The position numbers and the translations under genes were made by a program. The notes under the pieces were generated by a model, which saw nothing but the letters and a program-made list of their open reading frames with translations, had not been told where the DNA came from and did not search any database. From Chrysomallon squamiferum (lineage: Eukaryota; Animalia; Mollusca), in NCBI GenBank assembly GCA_012295275.1, contig CM022668.1, positions 7,440,001 to 7,504,000 of the forward strand: DNA of 64,000 nt, written 5' to 3'. Each line of letters opens with the position of its first letter. Within the stretch, counting starts at the first letter, position 1. This document shows positions 1 to 12,121 of this stretch, one piece after another.

Positions 1-481
1 TGTAAATTATTGAAAATGGCAAACAAACAATAAAAATCCATTTGTGGATGTTGCATCTTTGTCTTGCTTGTTTTGACGTTGTAAACGATGGTGTGATCGC
101 AGCACTCAGTGACTCTGCCTCAAATATTTGTTGTCACGTTGCTGTTGTTTCGAAAATGAGATTTATTTTAAACGTTTCTCCGAAACGCTGAAGAAGTATT
201 TAGAACTCTTCTTTCTTAGAGTTACTAATTTGTCTGTTAATTTTGAAAATTATGAGATAATCTGGATTATCAGCTGGGGATTAGGATAATTCAGATTAGT
301 AATTTGATATTTGTTTCGTGGATTTTTTTTTTTTTTTGAACGAGTAAGTTTTCATAACTTCTGTTTTTATGTAATTTATTATTATTTGTTTTAATTCCTG
401 ATATTTTTATATCTCTTAATTATTCATGCAAAGAGTATCAGTTTAAACAAAATTCTTAATTTTGTTATTTTTCATCTGTTA

Positions 482-525
<44 letters not shown>

Positions 526-1098
526 CATAATCATCACCATCATCATTTTTCATATTATTAAAATCTATTATAACCATTATAATTTTAATGACATTATCAT
601 TATTATAATTTGTTGTTTTCCAATAATGTTATTATTATTATTGTTAATATTATTACTGTTACTGTTACTTTTTCAATTACTTCTATTATAATTACTGTTA
701 CAACTGCTGTAATTGGTACTAATATTATTGTTTTTATTACTGTTATTTTATTAGTATTAGTGTTATTGTGATTATTATTATTACTACTGTTAGTTACTAT
801 TATTGTTATTATTGTTATAATTACTATTACTATTGTTACTATTGCTATTAATATTGTTTGTTACCTACTATTATTCATCTTATTAATATTATTATTGCCA
901 TTATTGTTGTTGATGTTATTACTATTACTACTATTATTACTATTATTTTTATTATTACTATTTCTACTTCTATTTTTACTACTACTATTATTATTATTAT
1001 TATTATTATTATTACAACTATAATAATAATTATTATTGTTGTTGTTGTTATTATTACTGTTATTTTTGTTGTCATTGTTGTTGTTGTTGTTGTTACAG

Positions 1099-1265
1099 AA
1101 TTGCCAGTTCCCAGTCACAGAACTCCAGTACATGACAAGCCAGTGGCTCGAGCCTCATCACTGGAAACTCTTCTGTTGCCTAGCAACCAGAAAGACACTG
1201 ATCTTAGTTCCAAACATCCCGAAACACTTTTGCGTGCACTGGAAAGCCTATTAAAGAAAAACGAG
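1099..1265 (+). CDS. Coding exon (ELPVPSHRTP...LESLLKKNE)
   Basis: acAG acceptor at 1097-1098, GAG|GT donor at 1266; only one frame is open across the exon; phase 1 to 0. Confidence 0.7.
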
Positions 1266-1549
1266 GTTTGTAACATTTCTTCTTCATAACTATCTTCTTT
1301 GTTTCATTGCTATTCAAACAGTTTCTCTGATTGAATAACATAGGTTGAAGAAAGAATTAAATTTCTAAAGTGTGACTTGTGTGGAAGAATGCACTTCAAT
1401 TTTCTTAATATCTGCAGTAATAGATATATAATAATTTTCCCAGTGTTTTATTTAGAATTTCTCTGTCTCTCAGCCTGTCTCATTTTGTGTCTTTGGATTC
1501 TGTTCTCATCTTTGTGCATGTTCTCTATATTTGTTTCTTTCTCTGCCTG

Positions 1550-1704
<155 letters not shown>

Positions 1705-2131
1705 CTATCAGTCTCTGTATCTCTATCTTACACTCTTTTAATCATTCACTCTTTCTCTATCTTCTCTATCATTCTTTTTCTCTGTATCCTTTTCTTTTCT
1801 CTGTCTCTCTGCCCCATCCCATTCCCACCCTACCCAGAACAACTTCCATCCTCCCCCACCCTTCTTCCCCACCCCATCCCACTTTCGCCCCACCCACTGC
1901 CCTTCCCTGCAACAACCTAACGACACTAATTATCCCAGATCTTCTTACCTTTTCAATAGCTCACTCGGCCACATTCCACCATCCTGAAAAAACAAACAGT
2001 TTCTTCAATTAAAAGCCCCCTCAACATTCCACGACATTCAGCCCTTAAAGATGTCTTTCATTTGCTTTTTCCTTGACATTTCATGATGACATTTTTGCTA
2101 GTTGACGGCTGATGTTCTTGACACATCGTAG

Positions 2132-2156
2132 AAACGTTGTCACCGAAGTGGTTCAG
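2132..2156 (+). CDS. Candidate 25-nt microexon (KRCHRSGS-G)
   Basis: tAG|AAACGTTGTCACCGAAGTGGTTCAG|GTctga; phase 0 to 1 bridges the phase mismatch between exons 1099-1265 and 2886-3032; weak donor. Confidence 0.4.
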
Positions 2157-2885
2157 GTCTGAACAAATAAACGACACACTGTAAAGTCATGCTCAGTAAT
2201 GAAAAAGGTCAAAGGTCACTGGTTCTCAACAGTTTGTTAACAATTATCAAATCTTTTAGTGCTGAGTACCTATTCTCCAAATTTTTTATTTATTTTTTTA
2301 TAAATGTAGATATAGGCACAAATAGTAATAGGACTTAAGTTAGGCTAAAAGCAGGTATGATTTGGTGCTCAGGTGCATTCAGTAGTTCAGTCATTCATCA
2401 GGCATGAAAAGCTCACTTTGCCCATTGTGTGATTTCCCATTACAACCACTGCTGTGACTGACATATCTAAAACTGTCATAGGTGACATACTGCAGGAAAA
2501 TGATATAAAATGACTTATTTTATAAAGTCTTGTTTTGAACTAACATTCATTTTAGGAAATCATTTAATATGACTTTTTCAATTTTATGTATGATTTATGT
2601 TTGGAACTGGAAACAATGTAGTAAAGTATTATCTGCAAATAAAGATACACTGGTGTATATATATATATATATATATTAGAAAATGAAAATTTCATTGTTT
2701 TTGTCAGGCTTAATCAATATGGTCTCACTTTTTAATCATAAACAGTTTTTGATTGATGTGAATAACTATGCATGTGTGTGCATGTGTGTCTTTGGTGTGT
2801 TTGTATGTGTCTGTGATTGTACTGTGTATGTAATGTGTGTTTTGTTAATTAATAAAATTAAATTAAAAAATCACTGTACATTCAG

Positions 2886-3032
2886 ACATCTATAAGGAGG
2901 CTTTTGAAAGTGCGAAGCGAGCAGAGGAGAACAAGTTCAAATCCAAGTTTGACCGGCTTGTCACTGATCTCAACTTCGCCCTGGCGCAGTTGTCTCCCAC
3001 TGGAATCAGCCCCACCTACAGTACCACCTCAT
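2886..3032 (+). CDS. Coding exon ([48 protein letters not shown])
   Basis: ttcAG acceptor, GTGAGT donor, 147 nt, phase 1 to 1; this frame (not the ORF-track frame) continues into the next exon. Confidence 0.85.
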
Positions 3033-3052
3033 GTGAGTCTTAACAGTCTGCC

Positions 3053-3062
3053 TCTGTCTGTC

Positions 3063-3102
<40 letters not shown>

Positions 3103-3310
3103 TGTGTGTGTGTGTCAGTGTGTGTGTGTTTGTGTGTGTCTGTCTGTGTGTGTTTGTGTGTGTGTGTCTGTGTGTGTCTGTGTCTGTGTCTGTGTGTGTG
3201 TTTGTCTGTATGTATCTGTATGTGTATCTGTGTGTGTGTGTCTGTATGTGTGTGTGTGTGTCAGTGTGTATGTGTGTGTGTGTGTGTCTTTCTGTGTGTG
3301 TGTGTGTGTG
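3053..3310. repeat. (GT)n/(GTCT)n compound microsatellite
   Basis: Directly visible; a similar tract lies at 10839-11165. Confidence 0.97.
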
Positions 3311-3778
3311 TTGCATACATGTTTACATGGTGGGTATCCATGTATGTTTCTGTTAATATATTTTGTGTGAATATCTGCATAAAAATAATATTTAGTAATC
3401 AAATATATTTAGTTTTATATCATATTTAAATAGATTGTATTTATTTAATGATCAAATGTAATTTTCACTAGCTTAATATTGTCTCAGTTTTCAAAAACAC
3501 ACTTTGGTACATCTTATACATGAGTATGCATGCTAATACTATATTTTGTTTGTTTTTTTTGTTTTTTCAGCTCTTGCTATATCTAATTATTTCAATCTTT
3601 GTTTTGTTATTTATCTATTAGATTAACATAACTGACAATGTACAAAGACATAACTGACAATGTTCAAAGTCTGAATGAAAGAACATAGTCTTATTTTCAT
3701 ACATTAAGTAAAAACAATAATACTGTTCTAATTATAAACTAAATCTTATTATTTAAAACCTTTTTTTTTGCGTATCAG

Positions 3779-3862
3779 ATGGAGATGTACTGGTGACCTA
3801 CAGAGCCAGAATGAAAGAACTTATTCTTATATTTGAGCAGAGGCTTCGTTTGGCATATGAAA
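3779..3862 (+). CDS. Coding exon (YGDVLVTYRARMKELILIFEQRLRLAYE)
   Basis: Poly-T then cAG acceptor, GTGAGT donor, 84 nt, phase 1 to 1. Confidence 0.85.
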
Positions 3863-4217
3863 GTGAGTACTCAGTCTTATGTGACTTTTGCAAAATTTAA
3901 AACTACAAATTATTATTTTTACATTCTTTAATGTCTTCTCTCAATTATAAAATTTAAAATTCATCTATTGTTTCTTAAATGTTTAAATAATGTCATTATT
4001 AGTAATTAATTTTAAAAAATTCAGATAAGTAATTATTTTAGAATACTCCAATACTTTATTTTACTTTATTATTAATAAAGATCTGATAATAAAAATCAAA
4101 TAAAACACTATCTTGGAAGGATACAGACTACATTAACACTATTTAGTTGTATTAATGAGTTATTCTTCTTTATATATGGTTATCAGACAAAGTTTTAAAA
4201 ATGAGATTTTGTTTCAG

Positions 4218-4315
4218 GTTTTGATATTCCTCACCCAGATGAATCCACCACCCAGAGAGTTAAACAAAATGTATCTCGCATGGTTGAAGATTTACTCGGT
4301 GAAACTCTAGATCTG
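4218..4315 (+). CDS. Coding exon (SFDIPHPDESTTQRVKQNVSRMVEDLLGETLDL)
   Basis: tttcAG acceptor, GTAAGA donor, phase 1 to 0. Confidence 0.85.
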
Positions 4316-4617
4316 GTAAGAGTTATCTCCCATCCTTTTAATTAAAGTAGATCCTGTGCCATTTTCTTTTATCTTATCATTTTTTTTTTCTCCCCATTTG
4401 AGAATTACATATATATATATACATATGCACACACTTATATATATATTCATTCTTTTGTAATAATAACATTAAATATTTATAAATTTAAAAATATGTTATT
4501 TTATTTTGTTGCTGTATAAATTTAATGAGAACTTTCTCATAAATTTATATTTTGCAACTTATAAATTTATCAACAAGACACACCCATTCTGTAATAGCAA
4601 ACATCAGCACTCCCCTG

Positions 4618-4692
<75 letters not shown>

Positions 4693-5250
4693 AAACTACC
4701 ACCCCTTTACTTCAGTATCATCTTCTCTGCTCCCTGTTTATATTCTGCTTACTAAGACATTTTAAATTTACTTACAATGCTCATTCATTGAGAAATATGA
4801 GAAATTAATTATTTTTTTATCACCCTCTAAAAAATCACCTTTCTCTTCAGGGTGTGATATCATCTACTTCACCCCCCACCCCCTCAGACTTTGCCTTTGT
4901 CCCCACCTGGCCATATCAGTCATTTCTAAAACACCAGTGTATATAATCCTAACTCATACACTTGTATTTCAAAGACAGTTTTGTTAATGTATCAGTTTAC
5001 ACTGTTATAGCTATGTAAGTTTATTTTACATGTTTGTTATATTTATCTTATCTTGTTAACAAATCTGTTTACAAAACTCAACACCACATTTTTCTGTTAC
5101 CTGGTTTTATGTTTAATGTCAACCTGCTGTTGAAAAGAAACATCCACTGGGATATTTTAAAACTAATTTTAACTATTTTTTTATTTAATATTTTATTTTT
5201 ATTTTTTTTTGTTATTAATTAAGATCTGAAAGAAAAAAAAAAAAAAAAAA

Positions 5251-5286
<36 letters not shown>

Positions 5287-5906
5287 TAAAAATATAATAA
5301 TAAAAGAAAAAAACAGGTGATAGAAATATAAATAAATAAATAAATAAATAAATAAATTAATAATAATAGTAATAATAATGAAAGTAGTAGTAGTAGCAGC
5401 AGCAGTAGTAGTGATAAAAACAGCAGCAACAACAATACAAATAATAATAATAAAATAAAAATAAATGAAGAAAAAAAACATGAAAGTTTGGCATAAATAT
5501 TTAGACAGTAGTAATAGTAATAGCAGAAGTAGTGTTGGCACTGTAGTAGTAGTAGTAGTAGTTATAATAAAAATAGTAGTTGTAATGACTGTAAAGATAA
5601 TAATAATCAGCAACATCAAATGCAACAACAATAATAATTTATTTTATTTGATTTTATTTTATTCATTTTTAAAGCAAATGAACCATTTAATTTTCCCTTT
5701 AGATTTTTGTTACAATTCTGTTGTTTAACATTAAAATATATTTTTTGTTGCACATTCATACAGAGAGAAGTACAGACATTAAAAAATATGTGGATATTTC
5801 TAGTTATAAAAACAAAACTAAAATAATTATAATACAATGTTTTATAATTTTATATTACAAATTTTAGCAATCTTTTTACAAGCTTTTATTATTATTATTA
5901 TTGTTG

Positions 5907-5953
<47 letters not shown>

Positions 5954-6603
5954 AAAATTAAAATAATTATTCATTAACACAAACTGTTTTAAATTACAGA
6001 AGTCACACCATCTCTATCTCTGTCCATCTCAAAACACCTGTGATTAATAATTTCACCTGAATCTCGTTACAGGTATTAAATTACCTGACAACTTTTTTTG
6101 AATAATATCTGTCACATCCCATATACATTAACAGTAATATCTGTCAGCTTGGTTTCTCTCTCACAAGAGACCATGACTTGCCTGCTTGAACCTTGGAGGA
6201 AGTATTTTGTATTAAATACAGACCACACCCCCTTAACACAGTCAAAATGTTTGTTTTGCCTGCTGTAAAAATTCACACCTGTAATTTAGCTAGATGACAG
6301 AGATGTTAAGTGTGTTACCTGTGTCAAGGTAGACTTTAGAAAAGGTAGAGAAAACTTGCCTGGTGTCTGTTTCTAACAGGTTTTTAAGGTAAAGAGTTTG
6401 ACTTAAAGGTAAAGATTTTGGTAGTATATGAAAAGTGGCATTAAAGGTGAAGAAAAAAAAATTAGATTAAAAACTGATTAAAAGTAAAGGTTAAAGAAAA
6501 AGAAAAAACTTTTCGTGGCAAATTTGATTAATATGAGAAGATTATTGAATTAGTTAATCTTCTTAACTTTGCATAGCTATTTATTTATTTTTTTACTTAC
6601 TGC

Positions 6604-6664
<61 letters not shown>

Positions 6665-7034
6665 CTGTTATTTATTTATTATTATTATTATTATTATCTT
6701 TTTTGTTTTTTTGATTGTTTGGTCTTTCAGTATTTTATTATCTACTTACAAAATCAACAGAATTTTAAATAGATTTTTCTTAATTACACAAGTTTAATAA
6801 TAACCAGGCTTTACTAAATTTGTGTATTTAATTATTATTGAAATTTCTTTAACCTTTACCTGTATATTAATTAACAAGGTGATCTGCTTTATCATGTTTT
6901 TCCTGTAATTTTGTACTTAATCCTTGCAAAGCTCAGTATGAAATTTTTTGTTTTTGTCTTTACCTCATTTTATCCCAATTGAACCTGCTGAGGTCATTTT
7001 AACAAGTGTGTCTGTCTGTCTGTTTCATGTTTAG

Positions 7035-7136
7035 ACATCTGATGAAGCTGTGTCTGACTTATCTTCCTTATCGGACGAATCTGGACAGGACCAGAATTCT
7101 TTTGAAGATCAAATAGCACAAGTCATCGTGTCAAAG
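7035..7136 (+). CDS. Coding exon (TSDEAVSDLSSLSDESGQDQNSFEDQIAQVIVSK)
   Basis: tttAG acceptor, AAG|GTAAAT donor, 102 nt, phase 0 to 0. Confidence 0.85.
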
Positions 7137-7429
7137 GTAAATAGCTTACCTTGCTAACGATTTTTTTAATTTATGTATGTTTATTACAGGTAGGTAGAGC
7201 ATCTTGTTAAAGATTGCTGTTATTTTTATTTATATATATCAAAGGTAAATAGTGTACCTTATTAATGTTTGTTTTGTTTTGTTTTGTTTTATTTATTTTG
7301 TTTTGTTTTATTTTTTATTTTGTTATTTTTTGTTATTTTTTATATTTTTTTTATTACTTTCATTTTTTATTATTATTATTATTTTTTTATCAAGTCTTTA
7401 TGTCAGAATGTAGATGCACAGATACACAA

Positions 7430-7460
<31 letters not shown>

Positions 7461-7958
7461 GCAAGTTATGGTATATTTATATATATTATATATAAATATT
7501 TCAAATATTACTTACAAGATTTATTTTTATCAACACATGAATCATTATGACAAAGGAAAATATCTACAACAGTTATTGTTTTTGTTTGTGTACAAACAAG
7601 TCATTATTACTAATACAAAACAATTGTTTTTATTTATAAACAAAGATCATTGTGACAAAGGAAAACATCCAAAAATAATTTTCTTTTATTCAGATTTATA
7701 TACAGACAATTCATCATTACAGTAGTAATATATAACAATTGTTTTTATTTACTAACAAAAATAATTATGACAAAGGAAAATTTACAAAATTTGTTTTCTT
7801 TTATTTATTTTTATATATAAACATTTCATTATGACAACAGCAATTTTTCATTCAGCATTTTATTATTATTTTTATTTATAACACAAATGTTTGTGTCAGA
7901 AGTAAAGAATAGTTTTTATCTGTATTTATACTTACTGTTTACCTGTGTAGGTAACTTG

Positions 7959-8066
7959 TTTAAACTAGGTGTCCTAGTACAGGTGACATTTTTTTTACCT
8001 GACTGTACCTGACCTTTTCAGTCCAGGTAACTAAACACTGACAGGGTTACAGTGTTTTTACACTGA
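7959..8066. repeat. Dispersed repeat of about 108 bp, copy 1
   Basis: Aligns with 11302-11409 (tacaggtga...ttacctg.ctgtacctgacc...aggtaactaaac.ctgacag). Confidence 0.85.
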
Positions 8067-8210
8067 TGTTGCAGTTAGGTACTTCTTCTTCTTTGTCAAA
8101 ATTCACTTTTTATTAGAGAATATTATTATTTTCATTTTTAGTATGACTTTATTTATTTATTTATGTATTTATTTATTATTGTTGTAATTATTATAATAAT
8201 AATAATAACA

Positions 8211-8257
<47 letters not shown>

Positions 8258-8699
8258 AATTATTATTATTGCTATTATCTTATTATTTAATTGCTGTTGT
8301 TATTATTTTTATTACTTTATTATTAATGGGTTTTTTTAATTTATTAATTTTTTAACTTTTTAAAATATTCATTTAATGCTTTATTTTATTTGCATTTTAA
8401 TTTTCTAAATTATCATACATATTTTAAAGTTCTTTTGATATTTATTTATATATAAAATATAATTTTAATTATCCATTTATTTTTTTTTATATATGTATTG
8501 TTTTTTTTTTTTTTGTATTTTATTATATTAAACTGTATTATTTTATTTTATTTTATTCTTCTTTTTTTTTTTTATTTTAAATTTTATTTTATTTTATTTT
8601 TTCTTTACATTATATTTTATTTTATTTTATTTTATTTTAGTTTATTTCACTTTTTTTTTTTTTTTTTTTATTTTATTTTCTTTCTTTTATTTTTTTTTT

Positions 8700-9000
8700 T
8701 TTATTTTAGTTTATTTTATTTTATTTTATTTTATTTTATTTTATTTTATTATATTTTATTTTATTTTATTTTATTTTACTTTATTTTATTTTATTTTACT
8801 TGATTTTATTTTATTTTATTTTATTTCACTTTATTTTATTTTTTTTTATTTTAGTTTAGTTTATTTCACTTTATTTTATTTTATTTCACTTTATTATATT
8901 TTATTTCACTTTATTATATTTTACTTTATTTTATTTTATTTTATTTCACTTTATTTTATTTTATTTTATTTCACCTTATTTTATTTTATTTTATTTCACT
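8700..9000. repeat. (TTTTA)n microsatellite
   Basis: Directly visible; ends just before the 9016 acceptor. Confidence 0.95.
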
Positions 9001-9015
9001 CTATTCCATTTTCAG

Positions 9016-9638
9016 CTTCTAGAAAATCACAGAAAGATTCAACCAGCAACTCAACCCAGTCACAAGAGTCGACTACCTCACAACCTGGGAAACTACGACA
9101 TCACCTCCCCTGACGATGAAGTAGACTCTTCCAGTGACATTCGACAAGGATTCGAAGAGTTACGGGACTTTGTCCAGCAGACGCAGAACCGCCAGCTTCC
9201 GTTGCCTAGAGACATAGAGGAGAAGCTGAGCCCGATCGAGGAGGACCCCGTGGAAAGTGTCCACCTGGACAACAATGAGCTCGTGGACGACTTCCACACC
9301 CGCTGCTCCAGCTTTGACAGGATTCACAACGCTGACATCGCGCTACCCGACTTCTCCGACTTCGACAGCATTGACTTCAACTCGCACGAGATAGACCCTG
9401 ACCTGCTGTCGATGAATCTGGCGTCGATTCCCGAGGAGACGGAGGAGGAGCTGGAGGATGATGCCAATGAGGAGGAGGAGGAGGAGGACAGGGCGTGGGG
9501 GGAGAACTGGGTGTTCAAAGGGGCGTTGTCCCCATACGACAACTGTGGGAAGAGGAGGGTGGGTCACGACTCGGAGAAGCCGTTGTACATGATGGTGCCA
9601 AACCCAGGGGACAACTACGTCCCAAAAGTGGGAAACAA
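9016..9638 (+). CDS. Coding exon, acidic region (LLENHRKIQ...WGENWVFKG...MMVPNPGDNYVPKVGN)
   Basis: tttcAG acceptor, GTAAGA donor, 623-nt open GC-richer block, phase 0 to 2. Confidence 0.9.
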
Positions 9639-9649
9639 GTAAGAAGTTA

Positions 9650-9830
9650 ACTAGTGACTGTGAAAATAATGTAATTAGTGACTTAAATTAATGTAATTAG
9701 TGACTTAAATTAATATAAAGTTTGAAAATAATGTAATTTGGAATTTGATGTAATTAGTGACTGAAAATAATGTAATTGTGACTTTAATGTAATTAGTGAC
9801 TGAATTTGATGTTAATTAGTGAATGAGAAA
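9650..9830. repeat. About 20-bp tandem repeat (aatgtaattagtgact) directly after a donor
   Basis: About 8 degenerate copies. Confidence 0.85.
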
Positions 9831-10447
9831 TTTATGTAAAATTGAAAAAAATAATTGAAAATGTAATTTAAAAATTTTTTAATAAAAAATATTTTGCAAA
9901 ATTTGAAATTAATTTTTTTTTTAAATATTTTAATTTTTTTTTTTCTTTTTCTTTTTAATTTTTGCTTTTCTTTTGTTTTATTCTTTCCTTGTTTATGTTA
10001 TCTTTTTATTTCATTTCTTTTTTTTTCTTTTCTTTTTATTTAATTTTTGTTTTTTTTTTCCTTTTCCTTCTTTTTTCTTTTTTCACTTTTCCCTCCATTT
10101 TTTTTATTCAATCATTATTTGACTTTTAAATTTGTTTTCTTTATTTCCTTTTTTCTTTTCTTTCTTTCATTATATCCTTTATATATTTTTTTCCTCAACA
10201 CAATTTTTAAAGAAATTTTGTCCTTCTTCCTTAATCTTTTTACTTCCTTCCTTTCAACCTAAACTCAAACTGTGCACACTTTTAATTACACTGCCATCAT
10301 AACAGTTATTACCAAAACTAGTTTTTGAGGTTTTCATTTGGCATCCATTCATCCATTCATCCATTCATCCATTCATCCATTCATCTATTCATCCATTCAT
10401 CTGTTCATCCGTTCATCTGTTCATCCGTTCATCTGTTCATCTTTCAG

Positions 10448-10830
10448 GGATGCAGATGAGCTGTCTGACCTCTCTGACACCGATGTTAAAAGTACAGACG
10501 ACCTCAGTGACGATGAAAACACGTTTTACGCGAAAACATCGGAGGAGCTGGCGAGGATTTCTCGCAAACACTCGCGGTCATCGTCCATCCAGACCGATTC
10601 GGACGCAGATGCTGACCGGTCAAGCAGCAGTGCGTACAAGAAGCGCGTGGACGCCATTCTCCAGAACGCAGGTGATGCTGGGAAGGCAGGGGAGACAATC
10701 AAGCTGGTGGAGGATCTGATACCCGCAGAAAACGAAGACCCAAAGTTTGTTGTTCTGCCGGAGAGTGCCACAGTGGTGGAGGGGGAACCTTTGAAACTTT
10801 CGTGTACAGTGTCTGGAACACCCGCTATTG
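10448..10830 (+). CDS. Coding exon; start of Ig I-set domain 1 (PKFVVLPESATVVEGEPLKLSCTVSGTP)
   Basis: tttcAG acceptor, GTGAGT donor, phase 2 to 1; PxF...EG...LxCxVxGxP I-set signature. Confidence 0.92.
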
Positions 10831-11087
10831 GTGAGTCATGTCTGTCTGTCTGTCTGTCTGTCTGTGTGTCTGTCTGTCTGCCTATGTGTCTGTCTGTGTG
10901 TCTGTATTTATCTGTGTGTCTGTTTGTATTTCTGTATTTATCTGTGTGTCTGTCTGTATTTCTGAGTGTCTGTCTGTGTGTGTGTCTGTCTGTCTGGGTA
11001 TGTTCTGTATGAGTGTCTGTGTGTCTGTTTCTTTGTGTATATTAGTGCATGCATGTATGTGTGTGTTAGTGTCTGTTAGTGTATGTG

Positions 11088-11132
<45 letters not shown>

Positions 11133-11301
11133 GTGTGTGTTAGTGTGTCTGTGTGTCTGTGTGTGAAAATAAGAGGAGAGAGAGATAAAATATTTTAATT
11201 TACATTTCCAAACATAATACAAACAAGACAGAAAATGGCTAACTAGCTACCCTTATGAATTATAATAACTGGCCATCTGAAGACTTTAATTTACCAATAC
11301 A

Positions 11302-11409
11302 TTTAAACAAGGTATCCTCATACAGGTGATATTTGTTTTTTACCTGTCTGTACCTGACCCTTTCTGTAGAGGTAACTAAACTCTGACAGTGTTACTGTGT
11401 TCTAACTGA
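11302..11409. repeat. Dispersed repeat of about 108 bp, copy 2
   Basis: Aligns with 7959-8066, same orientation. Confidence 0.85.
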
Positions 11410-11484
11410 CAAGTATCAGATATAACTGTAACTCTCTCCTGCTAGTTTAGTATCACTAACAGATGTAAATGAATCGTGTTTCAG

Positions 11485-11676
11485 ATGTGTTCTGGTATCA
11501 TGAGGACAAAGAGGTGGTTGAACTGGAGGACTCAGAGGACTGTGACATACAGACAGACGGGGACAGACACACAATCACACTTTACAACTTGAGCAAGACT
11601 CAGGCTGGACAGTACATGTGTATTGCTCTCAGTGAAACCGGGAAGTGCACAAAATACTTCACCATTACAGTCACAA
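11485..11676 (+). CDS. Coding exon; rest of Ig domain 1 (DVFWYHED...QAGQYMCIALSETG)
   Basis: tttcAG acceptor, GTAAGT donor, 192 nt, phase 1 to 1; core Trp and GxYxC motif. Confidence 0.92.
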
Positions 11677-11950
11677 GTAAGTCTACAGTTTGTAATCTAC
11701 ATTACAGTCACAAGTAAGTCTACAGTTTGTAATCCACATTAGTTACAAGTAAGTCTACAGGTTGTAATCTACATTACAGTCACAAGTAAGTCTACAGTTT
11801 GTTATCTACATTACAGTTACAAGTAAGTCTACAGTTTGTTATCTACATTTCAGTTACAAGTAAGTCTATACTTTGTTATATATATTTTATAGTTACAAGT
11901 AAGTATACAGTTTGTTATCTCTATTGCAGTTACAAGTAAGTCTACAGTTT
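11662..11950 (+). repeat. 37-bp tandem repeat containing exon end plus donor, 8 copies
   Basis: Unit cattacagtcacaa|gtaagtctacagtttgtaatcta. Confidence 0.95.
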
Positions 11951-12082
11951 TATCAGCTAAAATTATTAATATTCATTTATTTAACAGTTACAAATAAATT
12001 AGCATTTCCATATAAGTAATGGGTTTTTATTAATTTTTTTAATAAATCACATCATTAATACTGTTGTTTATTGATATTATAT

Positions 12083-12121
<39 letters not shown>

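Noticed and set aside
1-350. Possible alternative first exon (CpG-richer stretch, GA|GTAAGT at 344)
   Set aside because: The ATG at 157 closes after 11 codons and there is no promoter evidence; cannot be supported.
2904-3356. [15 protein letters not shown]... overlapping exon 2886-3032
   Set aside because: Alternative frame; splicing it to exon 3779 hits TGA after five codons, whereas the IYKEAF frame continues.
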